Part shown: one piece after another, positions 59,461-64,000 of the stretch
Position numbering within the stretch: the stretch's first letter is position 1
Layout of the letters: every line of letters starts with the position of its first letter
Assembly: GCA_949358305.1 (NCBI GenBank)
Contig: OX442314.1
Coordinates: 5,208,001-5,272,000, forward strand
Origin: Strigamia acuminata
Taxonomy: Eukaryota
DNA: 64,000 nt
Direction: 5' to 3'
Program-made: the position numbers and the translations under genes
The notes under the pieces: generated by a model
What the model was told of the DNA's origin: nothing
Seen by the model: the letters and a program-made list of their open reading frames with translations, nothing else
Databases searched by the model: none

Positions 59461-62279
59461 AAAGTACTCATTGTTACACGGGAAAAAAAGGAGATTTACA
59501 TACTTGTAAAACATTGTAAATATAAAGATAGATGCATTTTACAAGTTTGGAAATTAGATTTACAAAAAATTGAAAATAAGTTTTTATTAATATTAAATGC
59601 TCGGGATATTAAACGGGATGATACGGTACATGACTTTTTTTTACAATAACTTTACAAACATTTTCAATTGTGTAATTTTGAAATTTTACGATACATTTTC
59701 AATATATTTTCAATAAATTTCCAAATTTCCTACCATTATAAAAAATCTCCTACCCACCATTTTGAAAATTTCAAATACTCTAGATTGTCAGCAAGAAAAA
59801 CCTACTTTCACAAAAGTAACAAAAATTTAACAATAAAAAAATCGATTTTTACAAAAACTATTACTTTGCTCACATTATTCACAATTACATCATTCCAACA
59901 TCCAGTCTGATCTTATCGTAACGACAACATACGAAACACACGCATAATACAATCTGATTATGTCCCACCCCTTTTTATATCCCCTTTTTTATATTTATTT
60001 ATTTCCGGTTGCTGGTCCAACTCGGGGTCAAAACCAAGCAAATCGAGTCGAAACTTGGTCAAGTGTGCAGGGAGTGGACTAGAGGTTGAAGTTGCCTCTT
60101 AAAGCAGACGGAAAGAAAGAAAGACGCTCCATCTCTTTGTCCAAACTCGTCGGCCGCCATTAGAGGTAGAATGATAATAAAGGCGGCGTGCATTGCAGAG
60201 AAAATTACATTTACGTTGAGAGCAATTCGGGCTGAGAGCAGCACTGCCGTTGGTCGGCTACGGAGGCTCTTGTAAACACAAACACGCGGCGCACAATGAG
60301 ATTGTTATCGCCATGGTAACGAAATAGGTCTAATCCCAAATTGTTAGGCTATATCATAAAAAAGGAGGTCTGTATTTATTACGTTTTTCAAGAAGAAAAT
60401 GAGCGTTGAAAGGGAAAATAAAAACGATGAAAACTTCTTTTTATTGCGGCCATTTTTCGATTTTTTTTTATTTTTTTATTTTTTTTTATTTTTTATTTTT
60501 TTTTGGAACTTTTCTTTTAGTGATGATTTAAGAAATTGAAGGGAAAGAGAGAGAGAGAGAAAAAAAAGTGACAGTTGCGACGAGAATTTCATTTCAGCGA
60601 GGATTAGCCCAACTGACTACTTGTAAAAACAATAGCAGCATAAATCCAAAAAGCCGACGTCTGCTAAGGATCACATCAAATAGCGATTTTCTTTTTAAAC
60701 TGATGAAAAACTAAGTCGAACTTTATTGTTTTTTAGTGGACATAAAATGCAGATTATCAGTTTGACCGATCTAGAGTTGGCGGTGTAACGCAACAGTATT
60801 TAGATTTATTTTATTATATGTATGATTTTGCAATTTTGTAATTTTGCATTAATCACAAACTCAGTATTTATCGATGCCTCCAAAAGAGAGATTACGTTCA
60901 ATTAACCCAGTCAATTTTGTGATTGTGTGATCTGGACAATTTTGTAATTTTTCGCTATTGTCAAATGATATCTGTTCTACCAATCACATTCACATTCACT
61001 AAATTACAAGAGAGTGAAAACACAAAATCCTAAAAAGTTCTAAAAGGTAGTTTTTGTGATTTTGATAAGAAGTGATTTTGAGGCTTGTGAAACTCAAAAC
61101 AAAATGGAGGCATCCAACCTCTATCTAAGTGGCCAACTTGTATCCTTGTATATCTTCAATATGCTGATGCATCCGTGACTGTATAACAGCTAGGAAACTC
61201 AAGTAAAGGCTCTGGTGCAATCTGTGAAACTTATGTTTATTAAAATGCACTTTATTAAAAAAAAATTTTGTTCCATCACACAGATAAAACTAGTTATTTT
61301 ACATCACATTTTAAAATTGGTTGCGTACAACTAAAACCTAATATTGATAAATTCCAATTTTTAGGTTAAAAAATCGATATATTCTCATTTTTATGTGGAA
61401 AAAAAATCGATTAATTTCTAATTTTTACGTATAAAAATCGAAAAACTCACATATTTAAGTTAAAAAATCAATAACTTCGCATTTTTATGTTTAAAAAATT
61501 CCCATTCAACGTGCATTATAAATGTCACTATCGCAGTGACCCCCAACAGAAGAAACCGGTACAAACACCGAACTAAAAACAGTATTCGGTATTCGGTATT
61601 TTCTTACAAAACACCGGTTCTTGATACCGGTAAATACCAGTAGACAAACACTACATTGACGTCCACTCTCACAGTATATTAATTCCCTCTAGCGGGAATA
61701 TTAGATACCACCACTTGATGCGTGTTTTTCCAAGATGGAGGATCATGTTTTTACTAAGGGAGTAAATTATTTCATTCTTTTATTTTGTGCTGGACGGAGT
61801 CGGCGAGTGATTGTTGCTCGGCATGGGGGTTGCGGAGTCGATAATCCTCGGTGTATGTTTTTTTTGCTATGAATTATCTTTATTCGGGTGGAAGATAATG
61901 CGATAAAACATGAGGTTATAAATTTTGAATGTGTTTTTTTGTGCGTTTTAAATTATTTATGCTTGTAAATTAGGTTTCGCTTTTCGACATCAGTCATTGA
62001 ATGGAATTATCATCTCGGGTAGGTTTTTTACCGCTAATTTTAAATTTAAATTCCCTAATTCCCTAAATTTAACAATTTATTAAATATTCTAATCTGATTT
62101 TTGTAAATAATAATCGGCTAATGTAAAACTCTAAAGTTTTAAACTGCATTGAATTTTGTTGCGTTAAAGAGGAAGGAGCAGAAACCGTGTGCAAAACATC
62201 ACATGGGTGACTACACGTAGTTCCAGTTCAGTTTGTTTTTAGCTCATCGTAATGACATGGCGGGCACAAGAGCTCATTG

Positions 62280-63375
62280 TTGTGACTTGCATTGAGTTGT
62301 GACAGTTTGCTTGTGTTGGATATTCTTTGGTTGAGGTGTGACAGTTTGCTTGTGTTGTGATATTCTTTGGTTGAGGTGTGACAGTTTGCTTATGTAGTGA
62401 CATGTTGATTTGTTGTCAATATTGCTTGTGTTGTGTTATGAAACTTTGCTTGTGTTGTGTTGTAACACTTTGCCTGTGTTGTGTTGTGAAACTTTACTTG
62501 CATTGTGTTGTGGGACTTTGCTTATGCTACATTATGTTGTGTTGTGTTGTGACTGAGTTGTGTTGTGACTTTATAGTGACCGTGTTGTGCCGTGACTGAG
62601 TTCTGTTGTGACTTTGTAGTGACCGTGTTGTACTGTGACTGAGTTGTGTTGTGACCGAGCTGTGTTGTGTTGTGATTGTGCTGTATTGTGTTGTGACTGA
62701 GCTGTGTTGTGTTGTGACCGAGCTGTGTTGTGACTTTGTAGTGACTGTGTTGTGTTGTGACTGAGATGTGTTGTGACTGAGTTCTGTTGTGACTGAGTTC
62801 TGTTGTGACTGAGTTCTGTTGTGACTGAGTTCTGTTGTGACTTTGTAGTGACTGTGTTTTGTTGTGACTGAGTAGTTGTGTTGTGACTGAGTTGTGTTGT
62901 GACTGTTGTGACTAAGTTGTGTTGTGACTGTTGTGACTGAGTTGTGTTGTGACTGTTGTGACTAAGTTGTGTTGTGACTGTTGTGACTGAGTTGTCTTGT
63001 GACTGAGTTGTGTTGTGACTGTTGTGACCAAGTTGTGTTGTGACTGTTGTGACTGTTGTGACTAAGTTGTGTTGTGACTGTTGTGACTGAGTTGTGTTGT
63101 GAATGTTGTGACTAAGTTGTGTTGTGACTGTTGTGACTGAGTTGTGTTGTGACTGAGTTGTGTTGTGACTGTTGTGACTGAGTTGTGTTGTGACTGTTGT
63201 GACTAAGTTGTGTTGTGACTGAGTTGTGTTGTGTTGTGACTGAGTTGTGATTGTGCTGTGTTTGTGACTGTGTTGTGATTGTGCTGTGTTGTGTTTGTGA
63301 TCACTGTATCGAGAGATTTGACCGACTAAATTGAGAGATTGTGTTGTGTTGTGATATTTTGTTGCGTTGTGACAC
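62280..63375. repeat. TG-rich compound mini/microsatellite (tgttgtgactgagt)
   Basis: Directly visible; it explains the 276-aa T/Q/S/H ORF. Confidence 0.93.
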
Positions 63376-64000
63376 TTTAATTGTTTGTCTGTACAATCCA
63401 CTACCGCATAACAATCACCACAACTTTACCGAGATCCATCACTCACCGTTCAACAACCCTCACAACACCACCACCGCAAAAGTATCAATTTATTTATTGA
63501 AACTTCCCCCTTTAAAAACGAATCCAAATTCAAATTATCTCGCCAAGTAGCGAAAAACATCATCCCTCGCTGAATTCGTCGAAACTGGGTCGAATTTCTC
63601 TTTTATTAAAATACTTCACTTATGGCAAACCGCCAGAACCGGAAAAATGAAAGAAGAAAAAAAGAAAAAGAAAACGTGAACCACTCCCATAATCCCTCTA
63701 GCGAATAATGGCACAAAAAAACGACATTTTCATTCACTTTCCTCACCCATTTTATTATTTTCATCATTCCGACGCAAACAAAAGAAAACAGATCGAGCGG
63801 CCGGCCGAAGTCGGCCATCTTTGCTTCTTCCCGCGTGGCTCGTAAACGCTCGTAAACCTTCGGAATTTACTCGGCGATGAGCTCGGTCGCAATTTATGAC
63901 CAGATCACTCTCCATAAAGTGCTCTTGTTGAACCAGAGGCAGGAAATAAGCGTCCTTAAAACGACTCTCTTCCATTCGAAATCAACTGCAACCGTCATCT

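Noticed and set aside
62571..63401. 276-aa T/Q/S/H-rich mucin-like ORF
   Set aside because: It is a translation of a TG-rich simple repeat.

Overview
Eukaryotic, AT-rich, repeat-rich genomic DNA, probably from an arthropod-like invertebrate (inferred from a TTAGG tract and the TE types). No host protein-coding gene is recognisable with confidence. The dominant feature is a complete, very young 15.1-kb Ty3/Gypsy LTR retrotransposon on the minus strand (39736-54814). It has 983-bp LTRs differing at only two positions I could see, an ATAT target-site duplication, a tRNA-Pro-like PBS and a PPT. It encodes a giant Gag, a -1-frameshifted Pol (PR-RT-RH-IN) and a third sense ORF of about 1080 codons that is not Env-like. 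Each of the three ORFs is interrupted by exactly one in-frame TGA, always followed by G. Two of these TGAs sit at canonical Trp positions, and the real terminators are TAG, TAA and TAG. The rest of the window is a mosaic of minisatellites, MITEs and CpG-rich patches carrying X-box (RFX), NRF1, YY1 and E-box motifs, with a weak candidate for the 5' end of a plus-strand host gene near 19.8-22.2 kb.
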